DNA from: Mobula hypostoma
Taxonomy: Eukaryota
Direction of reading: 5' to 3'
NCBI RefSeq assembly: GCF_963921235.1
Contig: NC_086097.1
Location: 33,544,001 to 33,608,000 of the forward strand
DNA: 64,000 bases
In this document: positions 25,752 through 37,475 of the stretch, piece after piece
Layout of the letters: the number at the start of each line of letters is the position of its first letter
Position numbering within the stretch: position 1 is the stretch's first letter
Program-made: the position numbers and the translations under genes
Notes under the pieces: generated by a model
Databases searched by the model: none
Told to the model about the DNA's origin: nothing
The model's input: the letters and a program-made list of their open reading frames with translations, nothing else

Positions 25752-27387
25752 GACCCTGGGGGTGTGTGACGGGACAGTGTGGAGGGAGCTTCACTCTGTG
25801 TGACCCCAGGGGTGTGTGATGGAACAGTGTGGAGCGAGCTTCACTCTGTGCGACCCCAGGGGTGTGTGATGGAACATGTGGAGGGAGCTTCACTCTGTGT
25901 GACCCCAGGGGTGTGTGATGGAACATGTGGAGGGAGCTTCACTCTGTGTGACCCCAGGGGTGTGTGATGGAACATGTGGAGGGAGCTTCACTCTGTGTGA
26001 CCCCAGGGGTGTGTGATGGAACAGTGTGGAGGGAGCTTCACTCTGTGTGACCCCAGGGGTGTGTGATGGAACAGTGTGGAGCGAGCTTCACTCTGTGCGA
26101 CCCCAGGGGTGTGTGATGGAACAGTGTGGAGGGAGCTTCACTCTGTGTGACCCCAGGGGTGTGTGATGGAACAGTGTGGAGCGAGCTTCACTCTGTGCGA
26201 CCCCAGGGGTGTGTGATGGAACAGTGTGGAGGGAGCTTCACTCTGTGCGACCCCAGGGGTGTGTGATGGAACAGTGTGGAGCGAGCTTCACTCTGTGCGA
26301 CCCCAGGGGTGTGTGATGGAACAGTGTGGAGGGAGCTTCACTCTGTGTGACCCCAGGGGTGTGTGATGGAACAGTGTGGAGCGAGCTTCACTCTGTGCGA
26401 CCCCAGGGGTGTGTGATGGAACAGTGTGGAGGGAGCTTCACTCTGTGTGACCCCAGGGGTGTGTGATGGAACATGTGGAGGGAGCTTCACTCTGTGTGAC
26501 CCCAGGGGTGTGTGATGGAACAGTGTGGAGGGAGCTTCACTCTGTGTGACCCCAGGGGTGTGTGATGGAACAGTGTGGAGGGAGCTTCACTCTGTGTGAC
26601 CCCAGGGGTGTGTGATGGAACATGTGGAGGGAGCTTCACTCTGTGTGACCCCAGGGGTGTGTGATGGAACAGTGTGGAGCGAGCTTCACTCTGTGCGACC
26701 CCAGGGGTGTGTGATGGAACAGTGTGGAGGGAGCTTCACTCTGTGTGACCCCAGGGGTGTGTGATGGAACAGTGTGGAGCGAGCTTCACTCTGTGCGACC
26801 CCAGGGGTGTGTGATGGAACAGTGTGGAGGGAGCTTCACTCTGTGTGACCCCAGGGGTGTGTGATGGAACATGTGGAGGGAGCTTCACTCTGTGCGACCC
26901 CAGGCGTGTGTGATGGAACAGTGTGGAGGGAGCTTCACTCTGTGTGACCCCAGGGGTGTGTGATGGAACATGTGGAGGGAGCTTCACTCTGTGTGACCCC
27001 AGGGGTGTGTGATGGAACATGTGGAGGGAGCTTCACTCTGTGTGACCCCAGGGGTGTGTGATGGAACATGTGGAGGGAGCTTCACTCTGTGTGACCCCAG
27101 GGGTGTGTGATGGAACAGTGTGGAGGGAGCTTCACTCTGTGTGACCCCAGAGGTGTGTGATGGAACATGTGGAGGGAGCTTCACTCTGTGTGACCCCAGG
27201 GGTGTGTGATGGAACAGTGTGGAGGGAGCTTCACTCTGTGTGACCCCAGGGGTGTGTGATGGAACAGTGTGGAGGGAGCTTCACTCTGTGTGACACCAAG
27301 GGTGTGTGATGGGACAGTGAAGTTGGAGGGAGCTTCACTCTGTGTGACCCCAGGGGTGTGTGATGGAACATGTGGGGGGAGCTTCAC
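25752..27387 (+). repeat. Minisatellite, 49/50-bp unit, about 33 copies
   Basis: Unit ccccaggggtgtgtgatggaacagtgtggagggagcttcactctgtgtga; copies are nearly identical. Confidence 0.97.
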
Positions 27388-27467
27388 CACATCTCCACAG
27401 ACCATCCAACTGAAACTCCGTTTCCCCTGGACTTGGTGATGGTAACAGCTGTTGTGTTTTGGTGCAG

Positions 27468-27584
27468 GCAACATTGAGTACAGCTGTCCCGCTAGCCAGA
27501 CGTGTGACATCGCCAAACCGCGGCACAAGTCCTGCCAGGCCTGTCGATTTGTGAAGTGCCTGAAGGTGGGAATGCTGAGAGAAG
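27468..27584 (+). CDS. ESRRB: Estrogen-related receptor (NR3B, ESRRB/G-like) exon, second zinc finger; gene may be a pseudogene and paralog identity is unresolved
   Basis: tgcag|...|gtatgg, 117 nt, phase 1-1. Encodes (G)[38 protein letters not shown](G) versus [43 protein letters not shown]. Confidence 0.85.
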
Positions 27585-27809
27585 GTATGGACAGGGAGAC
27601 CACACACCCGTCCAACCATACACTCACCCCACACTATTCCCCACCTCTGCCGCATCACGCATTTTCCCCTATGCCATTCCAGCATACACTCAGCCCACCA
27701 CAGACTGCTCACACTATCCACCACAGACTCCTCCCACACCATCCCAAGATACATTCCCCCTACACCTTCTCAGCACACTCTTCCCACACTGTCTCTCCAT
27801 GTTGCCTAA

Positions 27810-28035
27810 TCACACATTCCTGAGGTCAAATACCGAGTGAAACTCCCTCCACACTGTCCCATCACTCACTCCCAGGGTCAGACACAGAGTGAAGCTCCCT
27901 CCACACTGTCCCATCACTCACTCCCAGAGTCAAACACAGAGTGAAGCTTCCTCCACACTGTCCCATCACTCACTCCCAGGGTCAAACACAGAGTGAAGCT
28001 CCCTCTACACCACACACTCCCTGGGTCAGAGTGAA
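27810..28035 (-). repeat. About 4 inverted copies of the 50-bp minisatellite family
   Basis: acacagagtgaagctccctccacactgtcccatcac is essentially the reverse complement of the array unit. Confidence 0.9.
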
Positions 28036-28710
28036 CCCAAATCTGAGCAAGTATCTGGGGAGGAAGGACAGAGTCACTGGAATATAAGCCCAATGATTGT
28101 TATTGTTTCAAAATAGAGGAGTGAACAGCAAAATTAACTCCTTCCCCCTCCTCTCTCCCCTTATATCCTTTTCTCCCACTCACCCCTCTCTCCCTCTTAA
28201 TCCTCTCCCCAACCCTTCTCACGCCTCTTGCACCCGACCCCCTTCCTCTCTCCATGCCCTCTCACTCCCTGCCCTCTCCCTCACAATCTCTGCACCCGCC
28301 TCTCTTTGTGTAACTCCGTCACATCACCTCCTTTCTCCATGCTCTGATCATTCCCCATTCCCCTTCCCACTGACTCTCCTGCCCTCCCTCATGATCTCCC
28401 CAATCTCCTGCCCTTCCACCTTCTCCCGCCCTCCCTCTACCTTCCCTCCCAATGGTCAACCGCTCCAACGAACCTCCTACCCCTCCCTACTTTTCTCACC
28501 TCTCCTCATCGACCTTCCTTCCTCTCCTTTCCCACCCTCCCTCACCTACCCCACCCTCTCTCCCATACACTCCCTCTCCTACTCCCTTCCTCTCCTCCCC
28601 CTCAATCGACATTTCTTCTACCATTTTCCACCCATCATTCCTCTTCTGCCGCCTTACACACTTCTTCTCTCCTCCTCCCCATCTCCCCCTTCCCTTCTCC
28701 CTTCTCCCAG

Positions 28711-28824
28711 GAGTGCGACTGGATCGTGTACGGGGAGACCGACAGAAGTACCGGCGACGCTCGGATGTGGATCGGAGCCCCGGGCTTCGAGCGCCGCCGT
28801 TCCCAGCGCTGGATCGTCCTCCCT
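28711..28824 (+). CDS. ESRRB: ESRR exon: DBD C-terminal extension and hinge
   Basis: Polypyrimidine tract and cccag| acceptor, |gtaact donor, 114 nt, phase 1-1. Encodes (G)VRLDRVRGDRQKYRRRSDVDRSPGLRAPPFPALDRPP versus ERR GVRLDRVRGGRQKYKRR. Confidence 0.85.
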
Positions 28825-29218
28825 GTAACTACCGGAGGAGGCAAGATGGAGGTCACACACCTTCACCCCTTGGAAACAGACCGACGAGGAGGTTCCCTGG
28901 ACCGAATCATCACCCCCCTCCCACCCCCCACCTCCGCACAAGGTGGTCAGGAACCTGGGAGTCCGGGAAGCATTTACACATACCGCTAGGTGCAGCGCTT
29001 CTACCGCTGTCAGGGGAAAGGCCCGGTCGACGAGAACCCCACCTCCCTCTCCCCCCGCCATACGGAAGACCGGACCGTCACAGTCGAGGACGTGGAGAGT
29101 GTGCAGGGAAAGCCCGTACTAAACCACTTCCGTGAGGGGAGGAACGGTAGAGAAGGCCGACAAAACTAGCGTTCTGTGGGTCCGGGTCCGACGAGCAGTT
29201 CCGACCAACCGGGGTCAG

Positions 29219-29364
29219 TGCAGAGGGATCACTCCTCACCCGGACATCTGTCACCGGCCACACCGGTCATTGCCTGATTCCGGACCTCCCCCCGAAGAGC
29301 AGGGTAGGGGGTTGGGTTGCGAATTGGTGGATTTTCTGCAGATGTGAATGTTGGTGGATGGGAG
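29219..29364 (+). pseudogene. Possible decayed first ligand-binding-domain exon of the ESRR gene
   Basis: cag| ... I-T-P-H ... LPD ... CELVD ... (frameshift) GW ... |gtgagg resembles IVSH...MPD...CDLAD...GW in order and spacing. In-frame TGA at 29345. Confidence 0.3.
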
Positions 29365-29744
29365 GTGAGGATACGGGGACTGTCGTGTGTCCGGTGAAGA
29401 GAAGGAATCCGCGTCGGCGAGCCATCGGCTACAGCAGAAGTGGCTTGCGGGAAGATGGGGTAATCCCGGAGACATTTCAGTACGTTGCGGAGAGTGAGCA
29501 TCACATTGAGAACAGATGTAGTGAGAATGGAGAAAAAAGAACTAACTTCCTTACAGGAGGCGGGGTGGGAGGAGTAGCCACGTTATTAAGTACACTAGCT
29601 CGTTAATGCAACTACCTATGTTGTGCTGACCTTCTAGCCGAATCGAAGATGAATCTAACATTTCCCTCCCATATAAACCTCCATTTTCGATCATCCATGT
29701 ACATATCTAAGTGTCTCTGAAAGGTCCCTAACGTAGTAGGTGTG

Positions 29745-30390
29745 GAATTGAACCATTGAACCCATCGAATCTGCTCCGCCATTCCATTATAGTTGATTTA
29801 TTTTCCCTATCAATCCAATTCTGCTGCCTTCTCCTACCAAACTCTGCTTTAAATACAATCAGTGACTTGGCCTCCACAGTTGTCTGTGGCAATGAAGTCC
29901 ACAGATTCGCCGCACTCAGGCTAAAGAAATTCCTCCTGATCTCTATTTTGAGGAGACCTGTTTCTATTCCGAGGCTGTGCTCTCTGGTCCTAGACTCCCA
30001 CACTACAGGAAACATCCTCTGCACAACCACTCTATGTATGACTTCCAATATTCGGTAGGTTCCCGGGAGATCCCCGCCCCCCCCCCCCCCCGCATTCTTA
30101 TCACTCCAGTTAGTACAGGCCAAGAATCATCAAACGATCACTTTCATTCCCGGATCATTCTCGTGAACCTCCCTCACACTCTCTCCAATGCCAACACATC
30201 CTTTCCTAGAAAAGTGGCCAAAACTGCTCACAATACTCCGTGTGGTCTGACCGTTGCCCAGTGCCTTATAACGCCTCAGCATTTCGTCCTTGCTTTTGTG
30301 TCCTAGTCCTCTTGAAATTAATGACAACATTGCATTTGCCTTTCTTATAACGACCCAACAAGCAAGGATTCTTTACAGAATCTTGCACTA
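29745..30390 (-). mobile_element. CR1 3' fragment
   Basis: ORFs 29728..30123 and 30130..30330 carry RMFP, TREHSL, RRNFFS and YKAL motifs. Confidence 0.75.
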
Positions 30391-30624
30391 CGATTCTCCA
30401 AAAGAGTTTTTTTTTACCTTTTTTTGGGAGGGGGTAACATTTTCTGCTGTAATGTTAATATAGAATATATACAAAAAGTGATTACTTATTTGAAGTATTA
30501 AAGCTACCACTGGTGCAATGCAGTCACATATTTTCTAACTCTAGAGATGTACTGTATACCTTACCAAAGATCACTATGAGCGTTATTCCCCTCAGATGGT
30601 ACCGACCAACCCGACTGGCTCACG

Positions 30625-31572
30625 GACTAACTGTGTGGCTAGGCATAGCTCAAATACCATCTATAAATTTGCTGACGATACAACCATTGTTGGCAGAATC
30701 TCAGGTGGTGACGAGAGGGCATACAGGAGTGAGATATTCCAACTAGTGGAATGGTGTCGCAGCAACAACCTGGCACTCAACAACAGTAAGACGAAAGAGC
30801 TGATTGTGGACTTCAGGAAGGGTAAGACGAAGGAACACATACCAATCCTCATAGAGGGATCAGAAATGCAGAGAGGGAGCAGCTTCAAGTTCCTGGGTGT
30901 CAAGATCTCTAAGGATCTAACCTGGTCCCAACATATTGATGTAGTCATAAAAAGGCAAGACAGCAGCTATACTTTATTAGCAGTTTGAAGAGATTTGGCA
31001 TGTCCACAAATACACTCAAAAACTTCTATAGTTGTACCGTGGAGAGCATTCTGACAGGCTGCATCACTGTCTGGTATGGAGGGGCTACTGCACAGGACCG
31101 AAAGAAGCTGCAGAAGGTTGTAAATTTAGTCAGCTCCATCTTGTGCACTAGCCTACAAAGTATCCAGGACATCTTTAGGAAGCGGTGTCTCAGAAAGCCA
31201 GTGTCCATTATTAAGGACCCCCATCACCCAGGGCATGCCCTTTTCTCACTGTTACCATCAGGTAGGAGGTACAGAAGCCTGAAGGCACACACTCAGTGAT
31301 TCAGGAAAATCTTCTTCCCCTCTGCCATCCGATTCCTAAATGGACTTTGAATCTTTGGTCACTATCTCACTTTTTAAAAATATACAATAGTTCTGTTTTT
31401 GCACGTTTTTAAAAATCTATTCATTATACGTAATTGATTTACTTGTCTATTTATTATTATTATATTATTTATTTTTTCTGCTACATTATATATTGCATTG
31501 AACTGCTGCTGCTAAGTTAACAAATTTCACGTCACATGCCGGTGATGATAAACCTGATTCTGATCCTGATTT
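30625..31572 (+). mobile_element. Rex1/Babar LINE 3' fragment
   Basis: IYKFADDTT...KTKELIVDFRK...FKFLG; ESILTGCITVWYG...HPGHALFSLLPSGRRYRS; tail aataaacctgattctgat. Confidence 0.9.
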
Positions 31573-32799
31573 AGCTGGCTGAGTCTCATTGCTCTGCAAC
31601 TTCCGACCCGGTGCCTTGGAACCTCCACACCAGGCGGCGATGCAACCAGTCAGAATGCTCTCCACAGTACGTCTGTAGAAATCTGCAAGTCTTTGATGAC
31701 ATACCAAGTCTCCTAACAGTGGCTGGAAGAGACAGTTGATGTTTCGGAAGAGAACCTACATCAGAACAGTGTTACAGAGAACAATGTGTGACTGAAACGA
31801 AGATCGCTACAGGAAGCCACGGCACAGAGTGAGTGGGGGTCCTGCTGAGAAGCAGATACACAATAGGGGAAGGTTCATGAGATGTCCGCCTTCCTTCAGG
31901 GAGGGAGGTGTCAAGGTGACTGTCCAGACTCTAGTGAGACCACCACAAACAGGGTTAGGCCCGTCGTCATAGTCATACAACACTGAAACAGGCCATTCGG
32001 CCCAAATGGTCTATGCCGACCACAGCATCCTCCCTGCTAGTCCTAGTTGCCGGCGTTCGGCCCATAACCTCCCAAACCCTAATCTCCGTGTACCTATCCA
32101 AATGCCTCTTAAATTTTGCAGGTACGTGCCTCAACCACTTCATCTGGCACCTCACTCCAGGACTCACTACCTTCTGTGTAAAGAAGTTACCTCTCAGGAC
32201 TCTTATAAATCCCTCCACTCTAATCTTCTATCTGTAGCTTCTTATCTTGGACTCCCTAAACCTGAGGAGAATATTATGACCGTCCGCCTTATCTATACCT
32301 TTCATGATTTTATAAACTTCCATGAGATCGCCCCTCATTCCCCTCCGCTCGAATCAGGAATATGATTCCACTGGAGACAGTTAAGCGGGATGATTGCAGA
32401 AGGGTTGTCCTGAGCGGGAAGTTGAAAACATTGCGCTTCTCTCACTGTTTAAAAGGAGAGATGATCCGGAGAGTGTTTGTGGGCAGGATAAATCGGTTCA
32501 CGGGAAGCTTCGGAACCAGAGACACCGGCTGAGATGAGAAAGGATTTCTCCCCTTCGAAGCTCCGTAGCACAGACAGCACTGGGAGTTCCAATACCCTCC
32601 ATTCACTGAGGGCCTACTTGCCGCTACCTAACCAGGTCAGTATGGACTAGATGGGTTGAAGGACTTGTTTTTGTGCCGTAGTGAGCGCTCTATGGTCCTA
32701 CATAAACTCACACTCTCCGTCCCCACCAACTTTTGAGAGAGCGAATTCTAAATCTTCACAACCCTCAAGAGAAAAAAAAAGTCTTTGTCTTTGATCAGG

Positions 32800-33910
32800 G
32801 ATGACCTATCTGGGCAAGGCAGCAGCAGCCAGACCAATAGCACTTTGGTCGACTCTGAGTCTCAGAGGTCAGGCGGAGCAATAGTCATGGGGGGCTCGAT
32901 GGTTAGGGGAACAGATAAGAGATTCTGCAGTAGAGATGCCAGGATAGTGTGTTGCCTCCCGGGTGCTAAGGTCCAGAATATTCTTGAAGGGGACGGTGAG
33001 CAGCCGGAGGTTTGGTACATGGTGGTACCAATGACATAGGCAGGAGAGGGGTAGAGGTCCTACGCAGTCAGTTTTGGGAGATAGGAAGGAGACTGAAGAG
33101 AAGGACCTCCGCATACTCCCGGTGCAATGAGCTAGGGAAGGTCAAAGCAGGAAGATAGCGCAGACGAATAAATGGCCGAGGAGATGGCGCAGAGGGCAAG
33201 GTTTCAAGTTCTTGGATCCTTGGAGCCTTTTCTGGGGAAGGGGGTGACCTGTACAAGGGAAACCAATCTCCTGGGAGGGAGGTTTGCTATTGCTATTGGG
33301 GCGGGTTTAGACTAGATTTTCAGGGGTTTGGGAACCGAAGTGAAGAGTCAGAGGACGGGGCGGTTCGCACACATGTAGAGACAGCTTGTAGAGAGTTTGT
33401 GAGGATGGACAAGCAGATGATAGAGCAAAGGTGCACTCAGCCAGATGGTTTAAGATGTGTCTATTTTAATGCAAGGAGTATCATGAACAAGGCGGATGAA
33501 TTTAGAGTGTGGATCAATACGTGGAACTATGACAATATGGCCATTACCGAGACTTGGATGTCTCAGGGGCAGGAATGGCTGCTGACTGTGTCAGGCTTTA
33601 GGTGTTTCAGAAAAGACGGGTGGGTGGGGGGCGGCGGTGGAGTGAGAGGTGGCGGCGTGGCATGGTAAGATAGCACAATAACTTTACTGGATGTTTTATA
33701 GACCCCCTAATAGTAATAGAGACATCGAGAATCAGATAGGGAGGCAGATTCTGGAAGGATGCAATAATAAAAGGGTTGTTCTGATGGGTGATTTTAACTT
33801 TCCTAATATTGACTGGCACCTCCTTTGAGCAAGGGGTTTAGATGGGGTGAAGTTTGTTAGGTATGTTCAGGAAGGTTTCCTGACGCAATCAATCAATCAA
33901 TCAATCAATC

Positions 33911-33944
<34 letters not shown>

Positions 33945-36245
33945 TACCAACTAGAGGAGAGGCTGTACTGATCTGGTATTGGGAAATGAATCCGGTCAGG
34001 TGTCAGATTTCTCAGACGGAGGGCATTTTGGAGGCAGTGATCACAACTCTGTCTCCTTTACCATAGCGCTGGAGAGGGATAGGAGCAAACTATTTGGGGA
34101 AAAAAATTAATTGGGGTAGGGGGAAATATGATGCTCTCAGGCAAAAACTTGGGATCATAAATTGGGAGCAGATGTTCTCAGGGAAATGCACGGCAGAAAT
34201 GTGGCAAATATTCAGAGAATATTTGCATGGCATTCTGCATAGGTATGTTCCATTGAGGCAGGGAAAGGATGGCAGGGTAAAAGAACCATGGTGCACAAAG
34301 GATGTAGAAAATCTAGTTAAGAAGAAAAGCTTAAGAAAGGTTTAAGAAACTGGGTACTGTTAGAGCTCTAGAAAATTACAAAGTTGCCAGGAAAGAGCTT
34401 AAGAATGAAATTGGGAGAGTCAGAAGGGGCCATGAAAATGCCTTGGCGAGAAGGATTAAGGAAAACCCCAAGGCATTCTACAAGTATGTGAAGAGCAACA
34501 GGATGAGCCATGTGAGAATAGGACCAATCAGGTGCTATAGTGGAAACATGTGCATGGAGTCGGAGGAGGTAGCGGAGGTACTCAATGGGTAATTTGCTTC
34601 AGTATTCACCGATGAAAAGGACTTTGGCAATTGTGGAGAGTTACAGCGGACTGAAACGCTTATTAAGACAGAGGGTGTGCTGGATAATTTGAAAAGCATT
34701 TAGATAAGTTGCTGGGTCCAGACGAGATATATCCCAGACTACTGTGGTAAGCGAGGGGGGAGATTGCTGAGCCTCTGACGATGATCTTTGCATCATCAAT
34801 AGGGACAGGAGAAGAACTAGAGGAGTGGAGGGTTGCAAATGTTGTTCCCTGTTCAAGAAAGTGAGTAGAGATAACCCAGGAAATTATAGACCAATGAGTC
34901 TTACTTCAGTAGTGGGCAAGTTATTGGAGAAGATCCTGAAAGGCAGGATTTATGAGCATTTGGAAAGACATAATCTGGTTAGGGATAGTCAGCATGGCTT
35001 TGTCAAGGGCAGGTCATGCCTTACGAGCCTGATTGAATTATTTGAGGATATAACAAATTACATTGAAGGTAGAACAGTGGATGTAGTGTATATGGATTTC
35101 AGTAAAGCAATTGATCATGTTCCCCATGCAAGGCTCATTCAGAAAGTAAGGAGGTGTGGGATTCAAGGAGACCTTGCTTTATGGATCCAGAACTGGCTTG
35201 CCCACAGAAGGCAAAGAGTAGTTGTAGATGGGTCATATTCTGCATGGAGGTCGGTGACCAGTGGTGTGCCTCAGGGATCTGTTGTGGTACTCCTCGTCTT
35301 TATGATTTTTATAAATGACCTGGATGAGGAAGTGGAGGGATGGGTTAGTAAGTTTTCTGATGACACAAACGTTGGGGGTGTTGCGGATAGTCTGGAGAAT
35401 TGTCAGAGATTACAGATAGGATGCAAAACTGGGCTGAGAAATGGCAGATGGAGTTCAACCCAGATAAGTGTGGAGTAGTTAACTTTGGGAGGTCAAATTT
35501 GAAGACAGAATATAATATTAATGGTAACACTCTTGGCAGTTTGGAGGATCAGAGAGATCTTGCAGTCCGTGTCCACAGGACACTCAAAGCTGCTACGCAG
35601 GTCGACAGTGTTGTTAAGAATGCGTATGGTGTGTTGGCCTTCATCCACCGTGGGATTGAGTTCAAGAGCCCTGAGATAATGTTACAGCTATATAAGACCT
35701 GGGTTAGACCCCACTTGGAGTACTGTGTTCAGTTCTGGTAACCTCACTACAGGAAGGATGTGGATACTATAGAGAGAGTGTAGAGGAGATTTACGAGGAT
35801 GTTGCCTGGATTGGAGAGCGCGCCTTACGAGAATAGGTTGAGTGAACTTGGCCTTTTCTCCTTGGAGCGACGGAGGAGGTGATATGACCTGACAGAGGTG
35901 TATAAGATGATGAGAGGCATTGATCGTGTGATTAGCAGAGGCTTTTTTTCCCCAGAGCTGAAATGGCTAACACGAGGGGGCATAGTTTTAAGGTGCTTGG
36001 AATTAGGTACAAGGGAGATGTCAGGGGTAAGTTTTTCACTCAGAGAGTGGTGGGTGCGTGGACTGCACTGCCAGCGACAGTGGTAGAGGCGGATACAATC
36101 GGGTCTTTTAAGAGCCTTTTAGATAGGTACATGGAGCTTAGAAAAATAGAGGGGTATGCGGTAGGGAAATTTTAGGCAGTTTCTAGAGTAGGTTACATTG
36201 TGGGCCGAAGGGTCTGTAATTTGCTGTAGATTTCTATGTTCTATG
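32800..36245 (+). mobile_element. Near full-length degenerate CR1 (ORF1 esterase relic and ORF2)
   Basis: IVCCLPGAKV (ORF1), YFNARSI/ITETW (APE), and RT ORFs 34825..35478 and 35400..35741. Tail ttctatgttctatg. A (TCAA)n(TA)n(CA)n run lies inside at ~33886-33946. Confidence 0.9.
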
Positions 36246-36489
36246 ATAGCTGGTTCCACTTTCTCCCTCTCCGCACTTACGTTCCTCGGGTTGTTTGAGT
36301 TGTCGCCTCTCTCTCTCTCTCTCTCTCTCCTCCAAGCCCAGCTCCCCGCCCCCCTTCTCCCCACCATGACCATTCAGATAAATGAACAGGCCGATACTAT
36401 AAACCACACTCCGCCGGTGGTCTCACCAAGGCCCTGTACAACAGTCCTACAGTAAACGGAACGTCCCGGTAACGTTCTTAATGGAACGC

Positions 36490-36730
36490 TCGTGTGAACA
36501 GCCAACAGTCCGAGGATGCGCCGGGGGCGGTCCGAAAGTGTCGCCATACTTCCGGCGCAAGCACAGCATGCCCAGAATTTACTAATCCTGACCCGTAAAT
36601 CTTTGGGATATGGGAAGAAACTGGAGCACCTGGAGGAAACCCACCCTGTCACGGGAAGAATGCACAAACTCCTTGCAGACTTCGGTCAGAATCGAATTTA
36701 GATCAGTGAGTTGCTTTGCACACTCACCTC
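36490..36730 (-). mobile_element. V-SINE-like element
   Basis: Antisense aaactggagcacctggaggaaaccc V-domain; same family as 37178-37475. Confidence 0.6.
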
Positions 36731-37177
36731 TGTAGGTCACGCACAAGGATACCCATATCTGTCTGACCATCTTTCACCAGCCCGAATTCTCCGCCCTAAA
36801 CTGACAATTTCACATTTTCCTCATGTTCTAGTTATTCCAAACCTGCGTATGGCCACCCTCTGTTTCCCGTTAGCCCTCCCCTGCTCAATTCCTCCAAAAT
36901 ATTATGTGTTACTCTGTTACCCAGATAGTATTACCTGTTCCCTCCTACACCATGAGTACGTTTTCTACAATCGCCTTTGATGTGGTACCTTATCATATGC
37001 CTTCTGGTATAGAACACTGTCCTCTTATCCGGAGCATAGCAGAAACACCCCCCCCCTCCCCACCGCCCCGCATGAGTTGAACAAACACCTTCTTTCACAA
37101 ACTGTATTGCCTTTGCCCGATTTCCTTGACATAATGTCACAGAAATGATGCCCACAATGAAATCTTATTGTCGGGGA

Positions 37178-37475
37178 AGGCGTGATAGCGCAGGGTTGTG
37201 TAATCGCTTGACAGCACCACGGATTATAGATACTGTATGGGTTCGATTCCTGCTGCTGTCCGTAAGGAGTTCGTACGTTCTCCCCGTGACCGAGTGGGTT
37301 CCCTCCCACGTTTCAAAGACCTACAGGTTAGGTTCTGGGCTTGCTATGTTGGCGCCAGAAGTATGGCGATACTTGTGGGTTACCCCCGGCACATGCTCGG
37401 ATTGTGTTGGTCATTGCCGCAAACTACGCATTTCACGGTGTGTTTTGATGTTTCGAAGTATTGGACAAATAAAGC
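37178..37475 (+). mobile_element. V-SINE-like element
   Basis: B-box gggttcgattcc, gtaaggagttcgtacgttctccccgtgacc core, ending acaaataaagc. Confidence 0.7.

Noticed and set aside
25752..27387. Regular array as a CRISPR locus
   Set aside because: Units are head-to-tail with no unique spacers, there are no cas genes, and the context is a vertebrate intron.
28937..28970. KVVRNLGVRE resembling ERR KIVSHLLVAE
   Set aside because: There is no acceptor AG in the right position and no similarity beyond ten residues.
28097..29135. Long ORFs 28097..28828 and 28452..29135 as complete genes
   Set aside because: Low-complexity intron sequence; only 28711-28824 has homology and splice signals.
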